Of a stretch of 62,000 bases of DNA, positions 12,250 through 25,365 are shown piece after piece; the stretch's first letter is position 1; every line of letters begins with the position of its first letter. The notes under the pieces were generated by a model that saw nothing but the letters and a program-made list of their open reading frames with translations, was not told the DNA's origin and made no database searches. Both the position numbers and the translations under genes were made by a program. The stretch spans positions 11,615,815 through 11,677,814 of the forward strand of contig MU054323.1 in NCBI GenBank assembly GCA_013239625.1, read 5' to 3'. Source of the stretch: Lama guanicoe. Taxonomy: Eukaryota.

Positions 12250-13010
12250 GACTCTACCCAAGCCTGATTATTGCAATAGCCTCCTAACTGGCCTCCTGCT
12301 TTCTCTTGTACCTCTCTTCAGAGGGAGTCTTTTGTTGTTGTTTTTTTTTTCAATGGAGGTACTGGGGATTGAACCCAGGACCTGGTGCATGCTAAGCATG
12401 CACTCTGCCACCCCCAGTTTGAGTCTTTTAAAACACAGGTCAGATCATGACATTCCTGTAATTCACTCCCCCTGTGGTTATGGCTTCTGCTTTGTAGAGG
12501 GTAAAACTGTCTTTACAATGACCTAAAAGGCCTCCCAGGACAGGTCCCCTGTTCCCTCCCCAACCCCACCTCCTCCTACTCTACTCATTCCATGCAGCCT
12601 CCTTGGCCCCCTCCCTGCAACTCAGCACCTTTGCACAGGCTGTTCCCTCTACCTGGAAAACTCTCTGCCCAGATATTTGTCTGTCTCACTCCCTCATCCT
12701 CTTCAAGTGTCTGCTCAAAAGTTTCCTTCTTAAGGGAACCTACCCTAATCATCCTTTTGAAAACTGCAAGCCCAACCTCCTCTGACTTTCCCAATTCACC
12801 TTATCCCACTATATTCTTCTTAGCATATAACACCTCCAACCATGCTAGATAACCACTGTTCACTCTTTCTATTGTACGTATTCATTATGTTCATTGCCTG
12901 TCTCTTCCCACAAGACTGACTACAGAAGGAGCAGGAATTTTTGTCATTTTTATTCAGTGCTGTATCCCCAACACTGAATGTAGATGATCAGTAAATATGT
13001 ATTAAATAAA
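12250..13010 (+). mobile_element. L2 LINE 3' portion
   Basis: gattattgcaatagcctcctaactgg, cctttgcacaggctgttccctctacctggaa, 3' end cagtaaatatgtattaaataaaatga. Confidence 0.8.
12330..12410 (-). mobile_element. Camelid tRNA-derived SINE (Vic-1-like), 5'-truncated, inside an L2
   Basis: Minus strand reads TGGCAGAGTGCATGCTTAGCATGCACCAGGTCCTGGGTTCAATCCCCAGTACCTCCATTG plus an A-rich tail; B-box GGTTCAATCCC; gagtcttt on both sides. Confidence 0.8.
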
Positions 13011-14169
13011 ATGAGTGTTGAATTATGCATGCTTTTCAGGGCTCTGTGGAGGATTAGAAATAACACATATAAAGCACCCAGCACAGGACTCAGTCCCCAG
13101 GAGGTGCTCAGTCATCATTAGTACTAAGCATGCATGCAAGGGGTGTGTTGGGGGTTGTGATGTGCTGTGATGTGTAGTGTGTGTGATGCTTCACACTCTG
13201 CCTGCTCCCCTGATCAACACACAAGACTTCCTGGGAACTATATGGGAATGTGTGTATCAACACAGAGGGACTTACAAATGCTCACAATTACTCTTTGTGG
13301 AATGCATTATTATCATACTTCTCATTGGAGAAGAGGTAAAAGCCTCATCCTGTCAAAGGCACACAGCAGGGCTTCCAATGGAACCACTCCCCCCATCTCC
13401 CTGGGAGGGAAATAATCTCACCCATTTTGCACAAATGCTGGCTCACACTTCAGAAAACGCTTCTTGTAGAAACATTTGAAAATAAGAGTGGAAAGAAAAT
13501 TAAAATAACCCAAGTGGCACCATCCAAAGCTAGGTATGATCAGTATTTTAGAGTACATCCTTTTGAGCATTTGCTTTAGATATAAATTATAAATGAACAG
13601 CTTTATTTAATAAAAGTATGTTTGTACTATAAATGTTATCTATCAAGTTGCTCTTTTTTAGAAGAACTATATAATGGATATTTTTTCATGTCTTTGCATT
13701 GAGATCAACTTCATTCTTTTTACTGGCTATGTAGTATTCCATAATCTTAACTAGTCTTCTATTGATAGAATTTTAGTTTGCCTCCAGGTTTTCCCCATTA
13801 CAGATAATGCTGCAGTGATCATCCTCATACATATTGCTGTTTCTGTGGGCTAGAAACCTAGAAGTGGATGTTCTGGATTGAAGGATACACATATTTTACA
13901 TTTTGGTTAAGGGTCTCATTGTCTATAGTGGGTCCCAGAAAGTATCTGGACCAATGAACAAAGTTTCTGTCCAAACTCATCACTCACAAGAGATTTTTCC
14001 ATACCATATTTCTCTCTTCAGTTTGAAGAAGAGGTAAACACTGCAGTCTGAGAACATGTGTCTAGAACATTTTCCCCACAGTCTCAAATAATTAACCAAT
14101 AACTGCCCCCAAGGCCCATCAGGCTTCTACTGGAAAAGCTCCCTCTATAAACAGTAGACTCTGTTGCTT

Positions 14170-16370
14170 AATAAGCATCCAACATTCACCATTAAGTGTA
14201 ACGTAAACCATGACACTTTCACTCATGTTTTTCGTCCAGTTAAAGAAGGCCTCAGTTTTTCCCACCTGTACTATCATGGTTGTCACTGGCCACCTCAGGC
14301 TGTCTTAAGTGTTTCCCTAATAGGGAAAACTACCTTTCCCTAATTTACTTAGTATTGCTGAGTATTGTTGAATTTTCTCAAATTCTTCTTCTGCATCTGT
14401 TGAGATGATCATATTATTTTTCTCCTCTATTCTGTTAATGTGATGAAATACATTGATTTCCAAATGTTGAAACAACCTTGCATTCCTGGGACAAACTCCG
14501 CTTAGTCAAGATGAATTATCTTTCTTGCTGGATGTGACTTGCTGTATTTTGTTTATGATTTGGTTCCTGAGGGCTATAATCTGGAATTTTCTTTTCTGTA
14601 AAGACTTTGCCAGATTTTTCTGAGACTTACGGTGACCTTGTAAAATACAGTAGGGCATGTTTCTTCCTCTATTTTCTGAGAACGTTTGTACAAGACTGGT
14701 GATAAAAATTCAGCAATGAAACCATCTGGATTTAGAGTTTGTTGGTGGAAAAGTTTAAGATAAATCTAATGTCTTTAATATAGGGCTATTCAAATTTTCA
14801 AATTTGTGTCAATTTTGGCATTTTGTTTTTCAAGGATTTTGTCCATTTCATCTAAGTTATCAAATTTATTGGCATAAACTTGTTTATAACATATCCTTAT
14901 TACCATTTTAATGTTTGTGGAATCTGTAGTGATAACAGATCCTAACATAGCTTGTGTTTTCCTGATATAGTAACTTGTGTTATCTCTCTTTTTTCCCTGA
15001 TCAGTACTCTTAGAGGTTTTATTGATTATATTAATCTTTTCTAAGGACCAACTTTTGGCTCTGTTAGTTTTCTTTATTGTTTGTTTTATAGTTCATTAAT
15101 TTCTGCTCAAATCTTTATAATTTCCTTTCTTCTATTTACTTAGGGTTTAATTTGCTCATTTTTCTTATGGTAGAAATGTAGGTAATGAATTTTAAACCTT
15201 TCTTCTTTTTTAATACGGACTTTATAGCAATGAATTTCCCTCTAAGTGCTGCCTTAGCTGCATCACAGTTTTATTATATTATATTCTTATTACTGTTTAG
15301 GATGAAATATTTTCTAATTTTCCTTGGAATTTTTTCATTGACTCATGATTTATTTGGAAATGCACTGTTTAATTTCTAAATATTTAAGGCTTTTATACTA
15401 TCTTATATTCAATTTCTAATTTAATTCTGTTGTCATTAGAGAACATACTCTGAAAGAGTTCAATCTTTTGAAATGTATTGAGATTTATTTTGTATCTCAG
15501 GATATGTTTTATCTTGGTAACTGTTCTGTGTGCATTTGAAAAGAATGTGTACATTTGTGAGTGTAGTAACCTATAAATGTCAATTCGATCTAAATGGCTT
15601 ATAGTGTTGTTCAGATCTTCTGTGTCCTTGCTGCTTTTTGTCTCTGTTTTTATCGATTACTGAGAAGATAATACTGAATTTGTTTAGTTCTCCGTTTAAT
15701 TTAGGTATGTTATATTTTTGTTCCATATACTTGGAAGGTCTGTAATTACAAAAAGGTCAGTATTGGTGCATACAAATTTATTATTGTTATGTCTTCTTGA
15801 TGAATCAATCCTTTTATCATTATGAAATATAATATTGTTTTATCCTGAACTCACTTTGTATAATATTAATACAACCACTTCAATGTTTTTTGATTCATAC
15901 TTGCCTGTAATATCTTTTTTTGGACTTTTACTTTCAACCTATCTCATTATATTTTAAATGTGTCCCTTGGTGGACGGCATATAAATGGATGTTGATTTTT
16001 ATCCATTCTTATGATCTCTTCCTTTTATGTTAAACCATATAATTTTAACATAAAAATTGATATTGTTGAATACAGTCTATCATTTTGATATTTATTTTCT
16101 GTTGATTCAATCAGTTTTTGTTTTTCTGTTTCTTCTTTCCCAGCTACTTCTGAGTTAATTGAATATTTCTTACTATTTCATTTCAATTTTTCTACTGATT
16201 TTTCACTTGTGCCTTTTTTGCATTCATTTTCTAGGGATTACAATGGAATCTTTAACTTCTCACAGAAATTAGAGTAAATATTGTACCATTTCACATTAAA
16301 TGGAAAGATTTTGCAATAGTGGTTTTGCTTAGTACTCCCTCCCCTACATTCTTTGACTATATGTGTCATA
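14170..16370 (-). mobile_element. Old L1 (L1M) ORF2-region fragment
   Basis: AT-rich antisense L1 motifs (ttctgcatctgttgagatgatcata, aaccttgcattcctggga, tttccctctaagtgctgccttagctgcatc). Confidence 0.85.
14249..14313 (+). repeat. 65-bp dispersed duplicate of 11809-11873
   Basis: Ungapped alignment at offset 2440 with 3 mismatches. Confidence 0.95.
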
Positions 16371-16879
16371 TAGCATCCTGGCACTGGGCCATAGGTATTT
16401 GGCTTTTTCCAAGATGACAGCTCTCCCTGTTGGGAGTGGAGATCAAATAAAGACTCTCCCTGGACCAGGGAGCTCATAAGCCCGTGTTTTCTTAGGCCAA
16501 AAAACAAAACAAAACAAAACCATAAAGGAAGCTGGAGATCACCTTGAGGATCCCCAGAAATATACAAGTAGGGTAATGACTAAGTTTCTTAGGGTCTAAC
16601 AATAACCTGTGCAGGACTGAGGACACCTCACATCTGAGAGCTCCAAAGAACGTGCAAAGGCTCAGGACAAACCTGATCTAACCTATGAAACTCTAAAAAC
16701 TAAAGGACAAGTAAGGGGGTGATTCTCTCTCTACAGTAGGATTCCCCACAGAGTTCCTTTAAACAGTGAGCTCCTCTATTGCCATTAAAATATTATTTGA
16801 TTTACAACATTGTAATTAGACTGAACTTTTCCAGAATACATTTACTGTGCACCTGGCTACCTTGGTTTGAGTAGATTTC

Positions 16880-17700
16880 ATTTGCTCATATTTACTTGAG
16901 CATTTATTGTCAGGCACTGTGCTGGGCATTGTGCTTGGCTCAAGGATATCAAGGTGAGTAAGACTCAGGCCCTGACTTCCAGGAGATCAGTGTTTAATGT
17001 GCACAGCTAGGTGGGATGCAGTAATACAAATATACACAAAGTGCTCTGAGGACCCAGAGATTGAAGCAGTGACTTCTGTGGTGGTGATGGTGAGGACATG
17101 TATCCTGGGAGACTTAACAGAGGAGGCAACACCTGAACAGAAGCTGTATTCAATCATTTGGGTCACAAGTATTTAGGGAGTCCATACTGTGTGTCAGGCA
17201 TTGTGTTAGGATCTGCAGTACCACAGGGATGACAGTCAAGGTTCTTGCCTTCAAGGAGTTTACATTCTAGTTGCGGAGACAATGAAGAGGTAAATGAGAT
17301 GATTATAGCTTGTGAAACATGCTATGGAAGAGGCAAATAGGGTGGTGTGATCATCGTATGTTGGGGAGCCCTATTTTAAATCCAGTGGTGGGGGGAGTAT
17401 TCTAGAAGAGGGCACTTGAGCTGAGACTTGAAGAATGACCCTAAGTCTCTTACAAGAAGAGCTGGCGGAAAGAACAATGGAGGAATCAGCAAGTGCAAAG
17501 GTCCTGGGGTAGGAAAGAGATCGTTTATCTTGGGAACAGGAGGAGGTTGCTGTGGCTAGAGTGGGCTGGGCAGTGGGAGAGGCTGCACCTACATTATATA
17601 AAGAGTTGTCTTGCTGCTTTGAGGAACAGGGGAGGTTTTCAAGCAGGAGGAGGAAACTCAATTGGATTTTATGGTGCAGAAAGAGAGACATATCCTGGGA
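16880..17700 (-). mobile_element. L2 fragments (two 3' ends)
   Basis: atatttacttgagcatttattgtcaggcactgtgctggg; tgtgtcaggcattgtgttagg..ccttcaaggagtttacattctag..caagtgcaaaggtcctgggg. Confidence 0.7.
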
Positions 17701-17779
17701 ACAACCTCAGCATTTCCTATCTAGGTTGGGGCAACTCCACTATCTGAACCATCCTCTTGATACTATCTTTACTTCAAGT

Positions 17780-17934
17780 TTTGCACTTTTCTTCATTGTA
17801 AATTTTTGAATTAGCTTTTTAAAAAATAATCTTGTATTAAAACGTGATTTATCATGATCATTGAATTCTTGGTAGCCCCTTAAATTTTGTTTCCGAGGTG
17901 AGTGACTCACCCTCCTCATCCTATTCCAGCACTG
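17780..17934. mobile_element. hAT DNA transposon remnant (MER96-like)
   Basis: ccccttaaattttgtttccgaggtgagtgactcaccctcctcatcctattccagcactg terminus. Confidence 0.45.
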
Positions 17935-19179
17935 TTTCCTAGGCCCTTACATTCCTCCTTCGGATGCACCTCAAAGGGAAGGAAGTTGGCTCAGCTTTTA
18001 TTTTCTGCCCAAGAATTTTAACACCCTCCCCACTACCACCTCTATGCCTGCACCTTTCTCTGTTGTGTTTATCATATGAGGACAGAGACATCATTCTCCT
18101 CCACCATCTAATCTTTCTCGAATGCAGGGGAGCCAGAACACCATCAGCCATCTCCAGAAACTGGTAACCGAGGAAGGTTTCAAAGTAGACAGACTCTCAG
18201 ACCCTTGGCAGCAGAGCCCCACTCTGTGGACCCAAAGAATCTGGCTGAAATGCCCCTTGTCCCACGTGGGGACCACCAGGAGTCTTAAAGGGAGGCTTGC
18301 TTTCTCCCTGGTAGAGATAACAGAACTGACAAGAGTCTGGGAATGGGCAATGAAAATTTTTAATTAAGGGCCTTTGGTAGGCTCTTAACTCTAGGTGAGG
18401 TAGCCACTGGCACATGAGCCAGGCACAGAATTTGATGCCTTTATCTGGCTTCCTCTGAAGCCTTCCTGCACTGATGCAGGGTCAAGTATGACGTCCTACA
18501 AAATCAGAGCCTGTTTTTGAGAGGCAGCTGAGGCCTTGTGCGAGGAGCTTGGGTCAGTGAGGGGACTGGGGCTCAGCTCTGTCTAAGCTCCTTGACCACG
18601 CCTGTTTCAGTCCTCTGAGCCAGTGATAAAATCCCCCATTTTGGAGACTTCCAAATTCCCTACTGGACACTGACTCCTCAATGGCTGAAATTGGTCTTAA
18701 TCAATTTTTAAAATCTTATCTGCAGCATGTGATGTGTACTTGGCACATAGTCCACCCTTAATACATTTTGGTTGAACGAAATATTGAATGATGCATAAGA
18801 TTTAAAAAATTGGCAATGGTGAAGTGAAGTCCTCCACTAAGGAGGGAGGGGCTGAAAGCACCCTGGGGCTCTTTTAACTTGTCCTTAACTCATCAGTCTT
18901 TGCCTTCTACTCCCTGCCTTCTCAACTGGATTTATTCTTACTAATAAACTCATCCTCCCATCAGAGGCTAAATTGGAAAATTCCTCACTGTTCTGAAGAA
19001 CTTTGAATAATGTCTCAAGTATATTTAACATACTGGAGGGAAGGAAGGATTTAGGGAAGAATATGGATTTCATGCATAATAGACCTAGACTTGGAAATTG
19101 CTTCTATTTAAAAAAAAAGATTTCTTAAGTATTATGTGACTTTTGAGTGCAAGGGATGTGCATTCACACAAATTGCTCA

Positions 19180-19900
19180 AACTCTTGCCATGGTCAGTGG
19201 TGACTTCTTTGTTGGGAAATGCAGCGCATCCAATTTTGTGTGAAATCTTTTTGTGCCACTGATTTCATGAGTCCTCTCTGCAGAATGTGGCATCATTAAA
19301 TGCCCTTCCGAGAACTCTCTCCTCTCCGGGTTTCATTTTCTCTCTCAGCCTTTGCTGTCTCCATTCCCTCCTACTGCCCCTTAAACATTGGACTTCCCTG
19401 GGCTTCTCTCCCAGGATTCCCACACACTTACATGCCTATGACTTCCACATCTTTCCCTCCGGCTCTTACCTCCTCTTGGGATTCCTGATTCAAATTCCCA
19501 ACCTCCTTGAAGAACTCCACTTGGGTTCTTATTGTGCCTGAAATTAAATTTGTCTAAGAAAAAAAACATTTATCTTTCCTCTCAACCCACCTAACCTCCT
19601 CCCCGACCTGCACTCTTTGTCTTCAAGAGGGATTTCACCCACCATTTGGGCATGCTGGGACAATCTTCAAATCTTCCTGCCCGAGCACCTCACAGACAGA
19701 TGAACCTAAATGTTATGCGTTGTTCCTGGGGAAGTTTCTCATCTGTGCCTTCCTGCCCATAGCCATCAGTCCTGTGGTATTCAAACCCTCACTTTTTTTT
19801 TTCTCTTACAAAATCATCACAAACTCCCTAGATGGGACTTTCTCCCCTTAGCCTCCCTTTCCAATCTGTCCTCCACACCCTGGTCCATTTCATTGCTGTT
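19180..19900 (+). mobile_element. Degraded L2 fragment
   Basis: Pyrimidine-rich L2-like motifs (tgacttccacatct, cccaacctccttgaagaactccacttggg). Confidence 0.5.
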
Positions 19901-21002
19901 TTACTGTCTGGAACCTACTGCTAGGAGCGTTGTCCTTCTCTGGGCCAAACCAGCGTCCTCGGGGAACCACAGGTTGGTCAGCTGGCTGGGACAGCGCCAC
20001 CCCCGCCCTCTGTGCGCCACAGACTGCCCTTCCCTTACCCTGCCTGGGGAGGCGGGAAGACAGTGTGCGTAGCCTCCATCCACACTGGTCTAGGCGTGAC
20101 GGGAGCTGATAATTAGGCCCCCTTTGGCTTTTCTCCTTTGCTCTATAAGCTCCCACCCACTGGGAAGCAGAAAAGCCAGATCTTGGATCCAGCTTCAGAA
20201 TTAAGATGGAAAATTTCAAACAAATATGGAAACAGAAAAGTATAATAAATCCCAATGAATCACCTTTAACCATTTTTAGCTCATGGCCAATCTTGCTCCT
20301 TCTCTACTCCGTGTAATAATTCCCCCTCCTCCCCACCCCGAGTTATTCTGAAGCAAATCCAAAAATCACACTCTAACAGAGCAGAAGCACCAGGGGCACA
20401 AGCCCTTCCATGACTCCCAGCCTTGATGCCCACGTGGCAGCCCTTCAGGGCAGGGCTACATCAAGGACTTGGGACTCATTCACGGCTAGACAAGGCTCAT
20501 GAGACCTCTGTTCCGTTGTCATCCATGGGTAACACCATCCTGTCTCCGTGGGAGCTGAGAGGAGTCCTTGGGGTGCTTGCCTGGTATCCTTGCACTGTGG
20601 CTGGGCTCCCCACTCAAGCCCTACAAGCACTGCCCTCTGCTGGAAGGATCTGGGACAGCTGGCAAGGCACTGTCCTCCACCTCCCTAAGCAGAATGTCTC
20701 ACCAACAAGATGCTCATCAGACTTTCCAGCAAAAGTTAGAATCCATTCCTAAGCTTAATGAGGGGCTGAGGGAGAACAAGCAGCAGCATAACAAAGGAAA
20801 GAACTCAGATTCTGGGGAGTTAAAGTAGGAAAGATGATGTTCAGTTTCCTAGGGACCCCTTCGAGGGTCCTGAGAGTGCAGGAACAAGGGTGACCAAGCT
20901 ACCAGCGGGCACAGCAAGGGGATATTGTGTCTAGGCCGCTGGAAGAAAGGGGTGTGAGGCCAGAAACTGCAGTGGTGCTTTTCCCTGGGGCCTCGGCATG
21001 GC

Positions 21003-21033
<31 letters not shown>

Positions 21034-22037
21034 TTTGCAGGGCTCTGGGCTCAAGATACAAATTTGCATATTGCTTTACATAAGTCAGCATATGGAGTTC
21101 ACTCACCCCTAACACCAAGAAAAGGAAATTAAATTCAATTAGATTAATGAGTGCAACTGATTGCAAATTGTTTTCAGACCTAATATTAAGGGTGCTGCAT
21201 GGAGGAAATACAGAATAGATTTTTTAATTGGGAGAAGGAGGGGAGGATGGGAGGAGGCAGCTGGGGCAGCCCAGCCAGGTTTGCTAGAGAGGAGTGAAGG
21301 GTGAGGGAGAGAAGCGGGGAGGGTGGGAGGAGGGAGCACCTGCACTTCTATGGAACATTTCAACCCCCACTACCCTGGCCCCCACCCCCTCTAGTTACCC
21401 CTGGGTCAGGAGTTAACTGGCTCACTCTCATCAGGTGTCTGCCTGGGCTCAGGGAAGATCTCATACCTGGGACCCATCTGTTTGGGGCCTGCCCCTCCCC
21501 GGCCTGCTGGGGTTGTTCAGTTCACAAGGGGGATGGGCAGCTGCTTTATGCCCTTGGGCAGAGAGGCCCCGCTCACCTGCTGGAGCCCTGACATCCTGTA
21601 GGCCCTTTCCCTGCCCCTTGGACTGCCAGTCCTACCTGGCGTTCTTCTGCCAACCGGGCAGGTGACAGAGTGGTGACACTGCTATGCCTGGCATCTCTGC
21701 TGCCCGCTTTCTCCCCCACCTGGTCCTGGCTCTGTCCCCTTCCCCAGTGGTTTATGTTCCTGAACTTCAGCATGCCTAGGACTGAGTCAGTGTCAGCTTT
21801 GATAAAAAGGGACTCAGCTGCCTCCTTTATTTCTGCTTTCCAGGCCTGGTCCCTTAGATGAGAGAGCAGAAGGCCAGGGGACTTCTCAGAGAGGTAGAGG
21901 GCTGGCCCGGAACCTCTGCACTACGTCCTCGCATTCACTTTATCAGCAAGGTGGGCTTTCTGCACAGTAAGTCACAGAGGTCTGTGTATGGCTAAGCAGT
22001 GTCCTGGAGACTCTTCTACTTGACTCAGGTTTGAAAG

Positions 22038-22200
22038 TTCATTCATTCATTCATTCATTCATTCAACAAACACGTATCATCTTACATGGGCTGGGTCCAG
22101 CGCTGGTGTGAGCTGGTTCAGAGGTAACCCACGCAGCCTAGTAAGGGGAGTTAAGACAAGTCCAGAAAGAACTATGATCTGAGATGGAACAGTATAAGCC
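22038..22200 (-). mobile_element. L2 3' end with (TTCA)n tail
   Basis: ttcattcattcattcattcattcattcaacaaacac, the diagnostic L2 terminus. Confidence 0.7.
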
Positions 22201-23515
22201 TTCAGGAGAGGCACAAACAGGTCCTGGTTGGTTTAGAGGTAGGTGGAGCATATCTGGGTGGGCAATCAAGAAAGACCTCAAAACGGAGACCGTGCCAACT
22301 GGCCTTCCTGGCAGGGTACAGTGACAACAGGTGGGGCTGGAGGGCAGGGCCCAACCAGGGTGAAGCAGAAGCAGTCACAGGAAGAGGCAGCAAGAGTCTC
22401 CCCTCGGAACAGCAGTCGTTCAGCTCGGCCAGAGAGTTTGAGTAGAGAAGACGCTGACAAGTTTGGAGAGCTTTGTGGGCAAGAGGCAGCCTCAGGGGAA
22501 ATGAGAAGGAGCAGCCCAGGAAACAGGAAGGAAGAGCGGGATGGAGGGTGGGCACAAGGGGGTGGACGTGTCAAGGGCCTCTTGCTCCTTTTCATAACTT
22601 CCTATCCTTTCCAGCCACTCCTGGCTGATGGCAAAGAGGGAGGTTAAAAGACCTAAACACTCAACCCTCAACTCTCAGCCCCCAGTGCTTGGCTCTGCAG
22701 GGTCTTGGCTGAGGCTTCCATACTCCATGTTTCATACTAGCAACTGGGGGTTCCCGGAGAGCCCTGGAATTCCTCCTCTGGGCCTCGGGCTTTCTGAACG
22801 CACTGTGCTGGGCATCTGAGTGGGGGCAGTGGCTCTCCACGTGGGGCAGGGGCCTCTTCTGTGTGATGATGGGCTCGCTCTAAAACACCTAAGGGCTGGC
22901 TTCTAATAAACCCCATGCTGGTGGGCGCAGCGTGAGAGGTAATAATTGCTCTTCCCGGCTCACTCAAACCGTAGTCAGAATCAGAAAGACACATGAATCA
23001 GAGATGGCAGCCTGTAACAAAAGCTTTACCTCCAGCTGTTTTGTTCATTTTCTGAACAACAACAGAACATTCCCTCCTTCTCTCCCCCTCCCACCTGTTC
23101 CTTTGTGTTTGGGATCCATTATCAGCCAAATGCATTCATCTAAAGCTCCAGGTTTACCCAAGTGGAGGGAGGGAGGGAGGTAGGTCAGAAATGGTCAATC
23201 ACAGGAGCTGACCATGGTGACTGCTTTTGCCTCTCCTGGCTAATAACTTCCCACCTGGAAAGAGGACCCCAGGTTCCTGTGCCCAGTCAAACACAGTCCA
23301 TCTTCCCTGTGGGCTCTGCCCCGACCCTCTCCCAGGGCTACACCTGCTTGGGGAACCCTGGCCCCATATGCTGAGGCTTAGCCTCAGACCCCCCTGGCTA
23401 ATAACTGGGCTATTGCCTTGTAGCAAAGACTTGGTCCCACATCACTGATACTTCTGTACCTGGGAACCTGTCTTGGTCCCTGCCTGGTGCCACGGTTGTT
23501 CTAAGGTCCTAACTT

Positions 23516-24740
23516 ATTTTATTTTTAATTGAGGTTAAATTCACATAACATAAAGTTCACCATCTTAAAGTAAAGCAATTCAGGGGCATCGTACATTCAT
23601 ACATTCATAATGTTGTGCAGCCATGACTACCTTGTTCCAAAACATTTTCATCACTCCAAAAAAACTCCATACCCATTAAGCCGTTACTCTTCATTTCTGT
23701 CTCCCCCAAGTCCCTGGAAACCACCATTCTGCTGTCTCCATGGATTTACCTATTTTCAATATTTCCTATAAAGGGAATCACACAATAGGAGGCCCTTTGT
23801 GTCTGGCTTCTTTCACTTAGCATAATGTTTCCAAAGTTCATCCCCACTGTAGCAGGTATCAGTACTTTCTTTCTTTTTACGTCAGAACAATATCCCATTG
23901 TATGCAGACACCACAATTTGTTTACCCATTTCTTCCTTGGCGAACATTTGTATTGTCTCACTTTTGGCTATTGCGAATTGTGCTGTGAGGAAGATGCACG
24001 TGCTTGTATTTGTTTGATTAGCTGTTTTCCTTTCTTTCGGGTTTATATTTAGGAGTGGGATGGCTGGGTTATGTGATAAACTCAATGCTTAACTTTTTCA
24101 GGAACACCAAACTGTTTTCCAAAGTGGCTGAACCATTTCTATTCTCCCTAGCAATGTACAAGCGTTCTCATTTCTCCACATCCTTGTCTACACTTGTCTT
24201 CTGTGTTGTTTTTGTTTTATAATTACAGTTACCCTAGTAGGGATTAAGTGGTATCTCACTGTGGTTTTGACTTGTATTTTTCTAATAACTACTGATGCCG
24301 GGCATCTTTTCATGTGCTTGTCGGCCACTTGTATGTCTCCTTTGGAGAAATGTCTATTTTGTTCCTTCATCTATTTTTTAAGTTAGATTGTTTGTCCTTT
24401 TATTGCTGAGTTGTAGGAGTTCTTTATATATTCTGGATACTAGACTCTTATTAGATATATGATTTTCAGATATTTTTCCCCATTTTCTAAGTTATCTTTT
24501 CACTTGCTTGATAATGCCCTTTTATGTACAAACATTCCAAATTCTGCTGAAGTACTATTTGTCTACTTTTATCTTATATTGCTTGTGCTTTTGGTGTCAT
24601 ATTTGAGAAATCACTGCCAAATCTAAGATCATGAAGATTTACCTCTATGTGTTCTTCTAAGAGTTTTATGACTTTAGCTCTTATATTTAGGTCAATGATT
24701 CACGTTGAGTTAATTTTTGTATATGATATGAGGTAGGGAT
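23516..24740 (-). mobile_element. L1MB-type element, 3' ~1.2 kb
   Basis: ORF track shows L1 ORF2 C-terminal peptides (NRHFSKGDIQVADKHMKRC..TTVRYHLIPTR; WVNKLWCLHTMGY); direct repeat tcctaactt at 23507-23515 and 24741-24749. Confidence 0.92.
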
Positions 24741-25134
24741 TCCTAACTTGCTCTTAACTCCTGCTCCCAAGCTCACCTTGGCTTAGGGTCCAGCCTGGGT
24801 CCTGTAGCCTGCTGGCAGTTGCCCTGATGCCTGCCCTGCTAAATGTTTCTTGCCCTGAATCATCTGTTGGTCTGGGACACTTCTCCATCTTATGTCAGCT
24901 TCCATGATGTCCACTGCTTGTCTGCTATGGCTTGCCTTGGATTGGATCCCATTAGGGAGGACTTCCTCTGAGTCACCCAGCTAGGTCTGTTCCTCCAGCT
25001 CCAGACCATCCCTGTCATAGCTTCAACCCAGGCCCTCTCTCTCCCCCAGATACTGAGCTATCCTGTTATTGCATCCAGTCACTCCAGCAGTATCTTGTGA
25101 CAAAATCAAGTTTCATCAATAAAGTGCAATTGCT

Positions 25135-25365
25135 AAGGGCATGGACGCTGGAACTGGGGACCAAATCCCAGCCTTGCCACTTCCTACATGGGTGACTACA
25201 AGACAGCTATTTAACTTTTTTTATGCCTCAGTTTCCTCCTCTGTAAAATGGGGATAGTTATTATACCTATCTCACAGGGTAGATAGGGCAGTTAAGTGAC
25301 TAAATACATAAAAGGGTTAAGAAGAATGCCCAGCACATGGTAAATCCTCCGTGAGTGTTGGCTCT
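25135..25365 (+). mobile_element. MIR SINE, near full length
   Basis: aaatcccagccttgccactt..gcctcagtttcctcctctgtaaaatggggata..tgcccagcacatggtaa. Confidence 0.85.

Noticed and set aside
12351..12410. tRNA gene
   Set aside because: 5' part missing and followed by an A-rich tail; it is a SINE
23746..24370. L1 ORF2-like peptides as a real CDS
   Set aside because: Fragmented across frames with stops; a dead, 5'-truncated L1
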